Assembly: GCF_009914755.1 (NCBI RefSeq)
Contig: NC_060944.1
DNA from: the human T2T-CHM13v2.0 reference genome, Homo sapiens
Direction: 5' to 3' (one strand)
DNA: 64,000 nt
The notes under the pieces are model-generated. The model had not been told where the DNA came from, ran no database searches, and saw only the letters and a list, made by a program, of their open reading frames with translations. The translations under genes and the position numbers were made by a program. Shown here piece by piece: positions 11,230 through 28,445 of this stretch; within the stretch, counting starts at the first letter, position 1, and every line of letters starts with the position of its first letter.

Positions 11230-12730
11230 CACGTGTGTGTGTGTGTGTCTGTGTATGTGTGTATGTTTGTGCATGTGAGCATGTGTGTGTGGACTGTGTG
11301 TATGTGTATGTATATGTGTGGACTGTATGTGTGCACACATTTGTATATGTGTGTGTTGATGTGTTTGTATGTATGCATGTGTGTGGACTATGTGCAAGTG
11401 TGTGCAATGTATGTGGACTGTGTGCATGTGTGGACTGTGTGTATGTGTGTGCATGTGTGTGGAGCGTGTGTGTGCTTATGTGTGGACTCTGTGTTCATGT
11501 GTGTGTACTGTATGTGTACACATGTGTGTATATATGTGTGTTTGTTGATGTGTGTGTATGTGTGCGTGTGTGTGAATTGTGTGTGTGTATGTGTGGACTG
11601 TGCGTGTGTTCATGTTCGGACTGTGTGTGTGTATGTAAGTGTGTGTGCGTGTGTGTGACTGTGTGTCTTTGTGTGCCTGTGTGGACTGCTGTGTGTGCGT
11701 GGACTGTGTGGTGTGGGTGTGTGCGTGTGTGTGGACTGTGTGGTGTGGGTGTGTGCGTGTGTGTGGACTGTGTGGTGTGGGTGTGTGCGTGTGTGTGGAC
11801 TGTGTGGTGTGGGTGTGTGCGTGTGTGTGTGACCGTGTGGAGTGTGTCTGTGTGCATGTGTGGGCTGTGTGGTGCGTGTGTGCTTATGTTTGGCGTGTGT
11901 GTGTGTGTGTGTGTGGACTGTGTGGTCTGTGTGTGTGTGCGTGTGTGTGGACTCTGTGGTGTGTGCATGTGTGCATGTATGTGCGTGTGTGTGACTGTGT
12001 GGTGTGTGTCTGTGTGCACGTGTGGGCTTATATTTGGTGTGTGTGCATGTGTGGACCGTGTGGTGTGTGTGTGTGCGTGTGTGGACTGTAGTGTGTGTGC
12101 ACGTGTGTGTGTGCTTGTGTGTGGACTGTGTGTGTGTGGACTGTAGTGTGTGTGCGTGACTGTGGTGTGTGTGCATGACTGTGTGGTGTGTGTGTGCATG
12201 TGTGGATTGTGTGGTGTGTGTGGACTGTGGGTGTGTGGTGTGTGTGTGTGCTTGTGTGTGGTGTGTGTGCCTGTGTGTGGACTGTGTGGTGCGTGTGTGT
12301 GCTTGTGTGTGGACTGTGGATTGTGTGGTGTGTGTGTGCGCACGTGTGTGTGCGTGTCTGTGTGGTGTGTGGACTGTGTGGTGTGTGTGGACTGTGGTGT
12401 GTGTGTGCGTGACTGTGTGGTGTGTGTGTGCGCGTGTGTGTGACTGCTTGGTGTGTGTGGACTGTGGTGTGTGTGGTGTGTGTGTGCTTGTGTGTGGTGT
12501 GTGTGTGTGCGTGTGTGTGGACTGTGTGGTGTGTGTGGACTGTGGTGTGTAAGGTGTGTGTGTGCTTGTGTGTGGTGTGTGCGTGTGTGTGGACTGTGTG
12601 GTGCGTGTGTGTGCTTGTGTGTGGACTGTGTGGTGCGTGTGTGTGGACTGTGTGGTGCGTGTGTGTGGACTGTGTGGTGCGTGTGTGTGCTTGTGCGTAG
12701 CGTGTGTGCGTGTGTGTGGACTGTGTGGCA
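11230..12730. repeat. ~1.5-kb compound GT-rich VNTR in intron 1
   Basis: (TG)n runs punctuated by recurring GGACTGTGTGG and GCTTGTGTG motifs. Confidence 0.97.
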
Positions 12731-13622
12731 CACACGCTTGCATTTTCCCGGGGGCTGACCCATTGCATTTGTCATCTTCTTCAAAGGGGTCTATCTTTGC
12801 TGAAAGATTTGCTGACAAATAAAGGGGGTTCAGCTGCTGCTATTTTTTTAAATTTGGAAACAAATTTTTTAAATTTTTTAAATTTTTTAAATTTGGAAAC
12901 AGACCAGTCAAACTGCTGCCTTTTATGGTTAGAGAAAATGAGGCCCAGAAGAAATTGAAGCAGGGAAAACGAAGTTGCCCAAGTTTACAGGCGAGTTAGT
13001 GGCAGCATCAGCAGTAGTGCCCAGGACTCCTAGCACCCAGCCCAAGATCCTCTTTCCACCTGCCTCTACGGCCCCCCTCACATTTGTGTAGATGCAGTAG
13101 CTTTTGCCTGTGGGATGGGAGGGATGGGAGATGTGTCCAGACCCTCCTAGGAGGCCACATGAGTGTGACTGTTCTCGGCCCAAGTCTTTCTCGTTCCTCA
13201 GAGAATTTGCGGGGCCCCTGGGCACACAAGCTGAGATCCACCCAGCCCTGGTCCCTTGGCAAGAACTGAGGGACAGGACCTGGTTCTGGGGAAAATGCAG
13301 GGGAATGTTTCTCCCTTCCACAGCCCCCTTGCGAGTTAGGAGGCCGGCTCCCACCCCAGAAGGTGGCCAGGTTTTCATGCCTTCCTAGAGAAAGCTGGGG
13401 CTCGTGGCCTCCACCACAGGGAGATGCAGACCCTCAGAAACAAGTCTGTGAAGTCACAACCAGCCGCAGTTTACAGATGTGAAACTGAAGCTCCAAAAAG
13501 TCAGGAGGTCACTGAGTGGGGAGGTGATGGAGTGGGAACAGCCCCCAGATCTGGCTGAGGCCGAAGCCCTGGAGAGATCCCCGCAAGGCTCCCTTAGATG
13601 CCTGACATTCTGTTCTTCCTGA

Positions 13623-13826
<204 letters not shown>

Positions 13827-14761
13827 TGAGGAGCCTCAATTTCTTCAGCTGGGAAATGGGCACACTTGGGCTCATGGCCCCAAGGTCTGTCTTCTCCCTG
13901 AGTGGGTAGGTCCCAGAGACAGCTGCCCTTCAGGGCCTTCAAGGCTCTTCTGGTTTTGTAAAAGACTTTGTGAATCCAAGAAGAGCATCTATTCTAGGAA
14001 CCACATTTACTGATCATCAAGCTACTGGCTGCCGTTTATTGAGCTCTTATCATATGCCAGGCACAATACTAAGTCTTTGTGTGTATTTACTCATCCCCTT
14101 GAGCCCATTGTTCTTTTTCCCATTCCATGGGGCCTCTCCTGAAGCCTCAGTAGATGAGCCCGTCTTCCAGTCTGGTGCTGTTTTTGGGACAAATAGGAGA
14201 TTGACCCCAGGCCGTTCCACCTACCCCAGGGGCTTCCACCAACCCCAAAGTCTTCCCAAGGCCTTGGAGAGCCCTCTTTCGAAAGCATCTCCTGTTCTGG
14301 GTAATGACAATAATAAAATCATAGCAGCTGTCAATTGCGAGCACTTGTCATGTACAAAGACTGTGCCCCATCGGCGCATGACTTCATTTCACCTGTCAAC
14401 ACCCCTGTGAGATGGTTACTGTTGTTATTCCCATTTTATAGAGGAGGAAGCTGTGGCTTGGAGGGCTAGGCATTTGCCCAAGGTCAACCAGCTTGAATCA
14501 CTGGCAGAGCCAGGGTTAACATTCAGGGCCCCACCCATCACCACGGTGTGGCACTGCCTCTACTTCCTATCCCCCTCCAGAGAGAGGCTTATGTGAACCG
14601 AGTATTAACTCTGAGCCATAACCAGGAGCCTGCTATGGGTTCTGAGCTTTTATAGGATGTGGTGGAAATAGCAGGGCTCTGGTACTCCAGAGGTCAAGGT
14701 TCCCAACTCAGCTCTAACACCAACCAGCAGAGCGACCCAGGACCACATGTTGCCTCTCTGA

Positions 14762-15157
<396 letters not shown>

Positions 15158-15349
15158 TGACTCAGTGGCAGGCCCCAGGGTGACTGGCTAATGGCTGAGA
15201 AGAGGGAGGGCCTGGAAATCTGACCATAGGGAGCGGCTGGGCTTGGTCTTGAGAAAGATTCAGAGAGATAAGCTCCCACTCTTGGCTCCTCAGGCTCCCA
15301 GCAACCACCACCCCTGCCTGCCTGTCTGCGCCACCACAAAGCAGCCACG

Positions 15350-15350
<1 letters not shown>

Positions 15351-15392
<42 letters not shown>
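15351..15392. repeat. (TG)21 microsatellite
   Basis: Pure dinucleotide run. Confidence 0.97.
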
Positions 15393-15395
<3 letters not shown>

Positions 15396-15720
15396 AATAT
15401 AATATTTCGAACATTAGGACAAGCATAGAGAATGATATTGCAAACATCTGAGTACTCACTATCCCAACTTTACAAAAGGGACAGCCAGAGGAGCCCGATG
15501 CCTGAGCTTCCGGTCCCAGGGACAAATGCCCCAGTTCCCTTAGTATTCATTCGTGGGTATCACGTGATCTCCAAAGTCTTCACATTCTAGAAAATGGGAA
15601 CAAGACCCCAGACCCATCCTGGACAAAGGAGGAGAAGACCAGAGCACAACATTTATTAAGGTCTTGCCAGGCTTCCTGCTACCAGCAGGTATCAGTCACT
15701 GGGCTGTGCTTTTTCCACAC

Positions 15721-15804
15721 TTCAGTAGGTTGGGTTCATTTCATTTTCATGACAACCCTATATGGGAAAATGTTGTGAAAATGAAATGAGCCCAGCCCAT
15801 TGAA
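15721..15804 (+). ncRNA. MIR3646: pre-miR-3646 hairpin in intron 3 (mature 3' arm ~15778-15799)
   Basis: Long inverted repeat TTCAGTAGGTTGGGTTCATTTCATTTTCATGACA...TGTTGTGAAAATGAAATGAGCCCAGCCCATTGAA; I recognise AAAAUGAAAUGAGCCCAGCCCA as miR-3646. Confidence 0.85.
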
Positions 15805-16043
15805 CCTATTACAATTCCTCCCTTTTTGTGGATGAAGGAACTGAGGCCCACAATGGTTAAGCAACTTGCCTAGGGCCCCACAACTGATCCTTGGAAGATC
15901 TGAAGTCCCAGAGCTTCTGCTATTTGGACCACACTTCAGCACTGTCTATTATTTTATGCTCTCCAGATACCAGGGACATTTAAAATTGTTTTCAGCCCAA
16001 GCAAGGGAAGCAAAAATCTTTTAACTGCTTTAAAGTAACTTGA

Positions 16044-16408
<365 letters not shown>

Positions 16409-17411
16409 CTAGTCCCAGACCTTCCCTTCTAGCCCACAGTTGTGCCGTACCAGCCAAACCTTGGTCTAGTCCTGCTAGTTCGGTACAAACACCCCTCACC
16501 CCCATCACCCCAGCACACCCCAGAAGCAGGAACGTAGGACCCAGCTTGCTCCAGGGCCCACTGAGAAGGAGGGGAGGGGAGGCTTTGGTAGACTCTCTTT
16601 CCCCTGTATCTGCTCCTGGCCCCCTGTTTTCTCTGCCCCCTCCCTTGGAAATATCTTCTATGTCTCATCCTTATGGGACCTTAGTCTGGGCTCATGAGCT
16701 GTCTTGGAAAATCTGGGCTTGCTGATCCCGATGCAGGAGTGGGTGGTCCCCAAGGCCTGCTCTGAACGCTGCAATTCTAACATCTAGATATCAGTGGTTC
16801 TCCAAGGGCAAGAGGGGCTTTTTAAGCTGCAAATACTCCCTCCTCTCCCAAACCCAGTTTTCAATGGGGTTAAGCCTGTCTCATCCACTTCAACTTCCAT
16901 TTTGTGGACTGGGAAAGATTATGAATGGGAACCTGATGCATGTGTGAACAGTTGGAGGCAAGAAAAAGATTGAGAACTACAGTCTAAGGTTCCAACATTT
17001 CTGTGGTTGTATTAGTCAGTGATTCCATTATCCCAAAAGCCTAAGATTTTAGGCACTATGATTCCTCATAGGTGTCATCCAGAGGGCACTGTGTTTGAGA
17101 GAACAGCTCTCTCACAGTGAAAGTTCAGGTCTGTGACAGGCAGATGGGAGAGGGGTTGGCAGCCCTCCTGAGTGGATGGCTACCCACCTCCACTGCGTGT
17201 GGCCTGGTCCTGCGTGTGGTCAGTTGTTATAAATGTCTTTTATTAGACATCCAGAGTCATTTTCACTTGTGTAATTTAGGGACATTTCTGTCTCTTCTGG
17301 GCTCTAGTTTTCCCATCTATAAAATGAGGACATTGGATAATGAACCCTTCAGCCCTATGAGTCTCGCTCCTCACTCCCTGACCTACCTGCACAAGTCACA
17401 CTGCCCACTAG

Positions 17412-17731
<320 letters not shown>

Positions 17732-19378
17732 CCCTGGCCCTTTCTTGAGCTGCTGCAAAGCCAGCAAACCCCTTACTAGGCTCCTGGAAGGGGGATGAGA
17801 GCCCCAGACCATTCAGCCTTAGCTCAGCCTTGAAAATAGCTGCTTGCTTCCTGGCCCAGGGAAACGGACATGCTGCCCGGAGGATAGGAGAGTTGGCTGA
17901 TGGCGAGTGAGCGTGGGTTAGTCGATGCTAGTGTTTGTTTACATGCCTGGGTTACCTGGAAGATCATGACACATGCAGTCACTTGGTTGTTTTGAGAACG
18001 GGCCAGAGTGACAAAGTGTTCAGTTGCCACTGTGGTCAAGCCATAGGAAATGAGGGTATTCCTAGCTGTGCCTGTCTTCTAGGCCCCACCACCCCTCCTC
18101 AGCCTGCTGGGAAGCTCCCAAAGCCAAAAGAAAGTCTCGGTGGAAGTCTCACTGGCCAGGAGAGTTGGGACAAGTTTTTATTTCTTTTTCTTGATGACCT
18201 TAGGAGAATTTGAGGACTGAAACCCTAAAATAGTCCCTGAGAACCAGAAAGTGTGAGCTGGAAAGGTAGGATTTCAAGACCAGCTGAGTCTATAAGAGGT
18301 CATCAAATCTACCTGCTCCCCACTTTACAGAAGAGGACACTGAGGCTAGAGAGGTGATGTGACGGGTCAGGGGTGGAGTCAGGTCTAGAACTCAGGCTCC
18401 CCAGAGCTGAGCAGACACCAAGCTCCCTGGAGTGAAACTTGCAGTGATCAGCTTGGGAGGCACATTTCTTGATCTAGATGGCTGAAACTTTCTCTCCACC
18501 ACAGAGAGGGGCTTCAGGTCTCATGGGCCTATAAGTCTCTGCCACAGGATAGTCCACCATGGCTGGAAGGGGCTCCCTGGAAGGCCAAAGAATCCAGGGA
18601 GAACCCTGGGGGTCAGTGGGCCAACAGCAGGTCAAGAATTCTTTCCTGCAACCGAAAGCCAGGGAGACAGACACCTGCCTTGGCCTAAGCTGTCAGGCCC
18701 AGGACAAATATTCGGCTCCTGGCATCAAAAACCCAGCCCAGAAAGCGGACCCAGAGTTGCAGGAGGTGAGCGTAGGTGATGGGCCAGGGGCCATCTGAAG
18801 AGGCCTTCCTCGGAAGCCCCTGCCCTGCTCCCCACAGCCCCCTACCCAGGAGTTCCCTGGGAAGACAGGCTCATCACCTCTCCGCCTCTGCCCAGGTCGG
18901 TTAATATTCAATAGAAGTTACATTAGGTCCCCGACCCTGCTAATACTGAGCAAACATTTGGAAAACATCATTCCGTGACTGAGCTCGCGCCGGGCACTGA
19001 TAACGCCCGCCTAACCTTGAGGAGCCCTATCCGCAGCTGCTGACAGCAGCCCTTTCATTCCGCCCGCCGGCCACTCGGCGCCCTGATGGGTGGGTGCGGG
19101 TGCTGGCAGGAGGCTGCCGTGGGAGGGGTGTGGGCGGGTGGGGTGGACGGCCCGGTCAGGGAAGCCGTGCTCTGAGCTGGCCCCGTCCACATGGTGGTCT
19201 GAGAGGAGGTTGCTTGCCTCTGGACTTCTGTTCTATCCACTGACTCCCGGGCTCAAGTGCAAAGGATTTGACTTTTATTCTCTGATTTTAACAATGTGTC
19301 AACATCAAGAGAAAGTTGAATAGCTGGGGTGTCAATGTTCCCTGGAGAAATAGGGTTCTTATAAGAATTAGAGTTTAT

Positions 19379-19736
<358 letters not shown>

Positions 19737-21145
19737 CTACTGTGAACCAGGCCCTGTTCTGGTGGCTGGGACTACAGCAGTGAACTAGAGGGATGGAGTT
19801 TTGGCCTTCTGAAGCTTTCCTTCTCAGAGAGAGACAGATAGTAAAGGAAGTAACAAATAATTCTACAATAAGTGACTTGAAGAAAAATAAAGCATGGGGG
19901 GCAGGGCCAGGGTGGGAGTCATGTTGTGTTAGACAGGGTGGCTGGAGAGGGTGTCTGAAAGGCGACATTTGTGCAGAGGCAGGAGTGAAATGAAGATGCT
20001 GCTGCGCTGTGCAGGAAAGGGAACCCCAGGCAGTGACCACAGCAGCCTACAAGCGTGCGGATGCGTCCAGGTGGGGAGGCGGGTTTTCGCAGACAGAGTG
20101 TGTAGGGGGAAGCCGGTAAAAGGTGCGATCCGAGAGGAGAGGAAGGGCCCTGGGGACTTGTGAGGTTGGAAGGCACTGGTTTTGAGCAGCAGGCGACATG
20201 ACTTGAACGGATCCCTCTGTCTCTGAGAGGAACACAGACTGCAGGCGCAAGGCAGAAGCAGAGCCCAGGAGGAGGCTGATCTAATCCAGGAGAGACAGCG
20301 GGCCTGGGAGCAGGGAGGGAGCAGCAGGTCTGTTTGTCAGGATCACGACAGCACTGGGGTGTGAGGGGAAGCCAAGGAAGGTGGCCAGGCTTGATGCCAG
20401 TCCCTGAGACGAGAAAGAGTGCAGGGAGCCGGCTGGCAGGGAAATGCCTACGGGTAGGGAAACTGAGCCCCAGAGAGAGGCTGCGATTGCCACCGGCACA
20501 CAGAGTGGCAGGTTCCAGACAGGAAGCCGGGTCTGGTGCAGCTTCAACCTCCCTCCTTTCTGAATCAGCCAAGCCTCATTCCACAGTGAGGCCTCTTGGA
20601 CTCCAAGGGCTATCCCATCCACTGTCGGGATGGTGGAAGGATCATCTTCTATCTCAGGCCAGGACTGACCCAGATGGGAGCAGGCAGTGGAGCCTGGGGC
20701 CCCGGTGGGCGTAGGCTCCAGATCCCTCAGTGCCTGGAACAGAGCAGCAGTGGGAGGGAGGGAGACAGCGCCTGGCCTTGCTGATGCTGAGGTTAGTCTG
20801 GAGTACATGCAGCTCCTGCTGATGGACAAAACCATCAAGGCAGTTGGAGCCCCCAGATCCTCTTGTTCAGGAATCCCCAGGCCATCTCCTTGTCACCCAG
20901 AGTAATTTGTTTTGCTTGCTTTACTCACTTTCATTTGGAAAGAAAGGGACCCTTTTGTAGACCAGAGCTTGAACATCTTTAAGCTAGTCAGATCCCCTCC
21001 TCAATGCTCAAGACCAATTTTAAACCCATAGCCGAGTCTTCACTGTCTTGCGCGCCCCTGCTGATGGGTGGATCACTCTTATAGCCTCTCCATTGTGTTG
21101 GGGGCAGTTGTGATATGTGGAAAGTTCTTCCACCAGCTGAGTTAG

Positions 21146-21409
<264 letters not shown>

Positions 21410-21905
21410 TGATCCTGCCACCCACCCAGGGATCCCCCACACTACAGAGGAGCTCACCTCCTCCACCTCCATTCTCCCCAGCCAGGCCCTGGAGCAGCTG
21501 ACGGGAGGGGCCTCAGATATTACAGAAGGGACACTGAGTCCGGTTTCACATGGCCCAGTTTGCAGCAAGGGCAGGAATCGAACCTGGCGCCCTGGGGCAC
21601 TTTCTAATTCATCCTACTGCCTGCATCCCACAGGCCAAGCAGAGTCTTCACCTTCACTGAGGGCCTGCGATCAGCTCAGCTCCGAGAGAACAGAGCAGTG
21701 GCTCAGTGGAGAGAGGTGGCAAAGTGGGGCCCAGCCCTTCCCTTGCTGAGTGACCTTGGGCAAGTCACAGCACCTCTCTGAGCCATGGTTGCCTCATTGT
21801 CAGAAAAGGATGATGATTTTTTGCCCTGCTTCTCCTCTAAGGCTGACAGACTCCTTGGGGCTCTAAAGCTGACAGAGGAGGGGGCAGGGGGCAGGTAACA
21901 GGTGA

Positions 21906-22289
<384 letters not shown>

Positions 22290-22910
22290 TAGTGGGCAGT
22301 GGGCGGGGCAGCCAGGGGGCTGCTGGCCCACCTGGGATATAGCCGTGGACTGGCTTGATTTTATTTTATTTAACAAAATATGTAGTGCACACACGTGTCT
22401 GAAACTTTAAATCACCTTACAAATATTAACTCAGTTAGCTCCTCCAACAACTCTATGAGGTAGGTACTAAGGTACTATTATTACTGCCATCTCATAGGTG
22501 AGGAGATTGGGGCACAGAGAGGTTAAGTAACCTGCTCAAGGTCACATAGCTACTATCCAGCATAGCTGGGATTAGAACCTGGCAGGAAGCTCCAAAGTCC
22601 AAGCTCCTGACCATTGTACCTGAGGCTCTCCCAGGGGGATGTTGACAGGGACCCTAGGACAGGGATCAGGAGATTTTGGCTTAAGCTATGGCTCTAAGAC
22701 TGGTTGTCTGCCTAATCCTGGGCAAATGAGTTCCTCTCTCTGAGCCTCAGTGTTCTCTTATCTGTAAAGTGGAAATGATAATATCCACTTTAGAGTGTGG
22801 TTGGGAGGATTGAGGACATTGGTGTCTGAAAAGTACAAAAATCAGGTGATGGGGCAAGCTGCACAGTGGCCAGACCAGAGCTGGTCTCCCTAAACATTAG
22901 TTTCTTCCTT

Positions 22911-22986
22911 GTTTCCCACCAAAACGATTGAACTCAGCATCGTGTTTCCCACCAAAACAATTGAACTGAGCATCATATTTCCCACC
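22911..22986. repeat. 33-bp tandem repeat, 2.3 copies
   Basis: GTTTCCCACCAAAACGATTGAACTCAGCATCGT / GTTTCCCACCAAAACAATTGAACTGAGCATCAT / ATTTCCCACC. Confidence 0.9.
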
Positions 22987-25289
22987 GTACATTTTTTTGG
23001 AATACTGAAATGTCCCTAGGGGGAAGAAAGGGTTGAAGGAAGGTGGCGTGTGTCTGAGGACAGATGAATTTCGGAGATGCCACCTATGAAGCTCCTGCCC
23101 AGAGCACCCCTGGGCCTCCAAAGAGATGTTACCCATCTGGGGAAGAGGAGCTGGGCTGGGCCACCTCCTCAGCTTCGGAGACAGACTCTGGTGCATTCGC
23201 TTACCCGTTTCGCACCTTTGCATAAGACACTGACAATGCATGTGAGTCTGTGAAAGCTTCTGAGAAGTCTCGTCCAGGCAGTTGTTTGACTTTGCAGAGG
23301 CCGAGGCTTCTCAAACTCCTTCGGCAAGATTCTCCTGGAACACCTATTAATACTGCACATTGGGACACTGTGAAAACGCTGGTTTGGCTTGTCCCCAGCC
23401 TCATACAGGGGCTGGACCCGGGGCCCTCTTCCATGGTTCCTCCTTCCATTAGCAGAGTCGACAGGGCAAGGATCTTGGACAATCCGCCCCTACCCTCTCC
23501 CCTGTTCCTTGTGCTCTGGCCCCAGTCCCCTCTGCTGGAGTCTCTACATTAATGTTTAATCCCTCCTGTTCCTTCCCAGGGGCTTAGCAGGGCAACAAGA
23601 TACCCCCAACCTGAGCAATTGTTAACCTCGATTTCCCACCCAAACCTCCCTGGCTGGGGCTCAGAGCATTCTCAGAGAGCAATGATGGGTGGCCAATAAC
23701 ACAGGACAATCATTAACACACCACCCCGACCTCCCGGCCCACCCCCCAGAACAGCTGCCATATCAGGGGGTTGAACCTGGGATCAGAAGGGTTCCCAGCT
23801 CCCCATTCCTGGTATATGAGGAGCCCAGCTTGCCCAATGCAGGTGGGGCATCCCTGGGAAAGTCGGGGGCATTGTCCTCCAAAGGGCTTCCCAATTTTGT
23901 TGACATTGCCCCAGAAACTAGATTCCCAGTTGGTGTGCTTCTTGGGCCTGGATACAATTGCAGAAAGAGATTGGGGCTTAGAGAGAGACAGAAATTTGCC
24001 TGAAGTCACAGAGCAAGTTAGCGACAGAACTGGGATTCAAATCCAGGTCTTCCGCTTCGCGATGTGAAGGCCACTGGAGTGACTGATGAAAGACTTGCAC
24101 AGTGCCCAGTGCGCAGGAGGCGCTTGGCAATCAGCATCCTCGGCCTCCCTCCATACTGGTCATGGAAAGTGGATTTTCCCTCCCAGGCAGTTTCCTCTTT
24201 TTCTGTTTTCCTCACAGGTTTCTATCCATGGGGAATAGAAGGGGCAAGGACAAGTGGCTGCCCAGGAGCAGCTAGAGCTAGAGAGGAAGTCAAGATGTTT
24301 GCTCATTCATTCATTCATTTCCCCTTTCCTTCCTTCATTCAAATATTTATTGAAGGCTTATTTTGTGCCAAATATCTTCAGACAAATGCCTTCTTTCCTC
24401 TAACAACAATTTCACCTCCTTAGAGGCCTTCTCTGACCTCCCCATCTAACGTAGCCATTCTTGCCCCATTGCTCTCACCATCCTTTCCACTCCCCTCCCT
24501 CCCTCCTTCCCTTCCTCCCACCTTTTCTCCTTCCTTCTTTCCTTTATGCTGTGATCACCCTGTGTCCTCTGTACTTATTTGTTCTCTACTATCTGTTCAT
24601 CCTCTCTCCTATAAATGTTAGTTCGATGAGATTAGAGACCTTGTCTCTCGTTTTTAAACATTGTGCCTCCATTGTCTTAAAAAGTGTCTGGCATTTAGTA
24701 GGCATTTAGGATTTGATAACTGAAAGAATGAACAATCAAATTAATGAACAAACAAAGGATTTTAACCTTCTAGTTTGGCTTGCTATGGAACCTCCAAACT
24801 CCCTAACCCAACCTTGAAGATGAGAAGATGAGATCCTTGAGGCTACCAGCCTGGTGCTGTTTTGTTTCAAGCCATCCTTTGGTCCTCAGGCAAGCACTAA
24901 AGCAGATGGCTCTCAGTGGGCTGGCTATGTCCTTCTGTGAGCTTGCTGGGCCCCTACCTATGACTCCAGTCTTAGAAGTCTTGCCTTGTACCCCCTGCAG
25001 AGAATGGTTTCATCAAGCTGATTCTCTGCCAGGGGCCAGTGCTCATACATTTGCTCTGAGAAGGACCAGCCCTGAGACCTAACATCCACATCCAAGTTCT
25101 TGTAATGCCCTCTCAGAATCCTGGAGTCCTGCAATGTCGATCCCTGGAGGGATCTGCCAGACCAATGATTTCCCAAACAGAATTGCACTTCAGAGTCAAC
25201 TATGGAGCTTTTTAAACACAGATCCCTGGGCCCACCCTAAACATACAAAATCAGGATCAGAATCTCAGGGCCTAAGAATCTGTATTTTC

Positions 25290-26020
<731 letters not shown>

Positions 26021-26024
26021 TCAG

Positions 26025-26112
26025 GTGGCCCTGCTCAGAGCCCATGCTGGCGAGCACCTGCTGCTCGGAGCCACCAAGAGATCCATGGTGTTCAAGGACG
26101 TGCTGCTCCTAG
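26025..26112 (+). CDS. HNF4A: HNF4A exon 6 (LBD)
   Basis: 88 nt; [29 protein letters not shown]; AG/GT. Confidence 0.99.
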
Positions 26113-26384
26113 GTGAGGCGGCTGCCTGCCCTGGCCAGGGCTCCAGGGAGGGTATGCCTAGCATGGCACTCACCCAGGCAAGGAGATTCACATGGTGGCA
26201 TGCAAGGGTGAGGGAGACTAGTCAGGAGTGGCCCTGTCCTCAGGCTTGCATTAGAGGGCTCCAGGACTCAGTTTTCAACTGGGTACCCCACTCAGATGCA
26301 AGGAAATGTGGATGCAAGTCACCAAATTCCCAGCATTGAAGTCAGAGCACGATCAGGGTTATCCCTGGAATTACCTGTGCATCC

Positions 26385-26688
<304 letters not shown>

Positions 26689-27250
26689 TGATGTTCTTTC
26701 TGGAGTAGGAGCAAGAGGTGGTTAAGAATGGCACAAAGCCCCAGCCCGCGTCACCTGTGCCTTCATGGCATAGTTATTATTTTAAACGCTTGTACAGCAC
26801 ACACTGTGTGCCAGGGACTGTGCTCACTGCTTTGCAAACACTACCTATTTTAATATAACAATGCTATGAGGGAAGCTCGATTATTTATCCTCATCTTATA
26901 GATAAGAAAACTGAGGCACAGAGAGGTTAAGTAACTTATCCAACTATAACCAGCTATCAGGGGCAGAGCCATTTAAGCAGGGCAGTGCAGTTCCAGAATC
27001 TGGTCCTTTAACCTTGATGCTTTGGTGCCTATCAGGTGACCTTTGAATGTCATCGATCTTGTGAGTCATGTTGGTAAATGGAGCTTGGGTCATGTGAAAG
27101 AGGTCCTAGAAAGCCAAGTTCCAAGCTCAGCCGGATGACTCAAGGCAGCTTATCTTCTGAATCTGGGCCTCAGCTTCCTTACCTGTGAAATGGGAGTCAC
27201 CATCCCTGCAGGTCCTCCTCCCACAGGCACCAGCTATCTTGCCAACTTAA

Positions 27251-27493
<243 letters not shown>

Positions 27494-27630
27494 TAAGCCA
27501 TCCCTGACTCTCTCTCCAGAACGCTCTGCCAGACTTCTCCTATTGGGTTCTGTACACTGAGTTCACAGCCTCATCTCATGTTAACGACAGCCAGGAGAGG
27601 CCGTTTTCATTTAACAGATGAGGCAAGTCA

Positions 27631-28068
<438 letters not shown>

Positions 28069-28097
28069 TCAAAAAAATTTATCAAAATAATATCTAG

Positions 28098-28445
<348 letters not shown>

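Noticed and set aside
11151-12958. Long Cys/Val-rich and His/Thr-rich ORFs (up to 429 aa) on both strands
   Set aside because: Stop-free translations of the GT/CA VNTR with no coding signature
19919-20838. Antisense ORFs of 217 and 185 aa in intron 3
   Set aside because: Overlap decayed L2-like sequence; no recognisable domain or splice pattern
22911-22986. 30-33-bp repeats here and at 1800-1863 as CRISPR-like arrays
   Set aside because: Directly abutting copies with no unique spacers, in eukaryotic DNA with no cas genes
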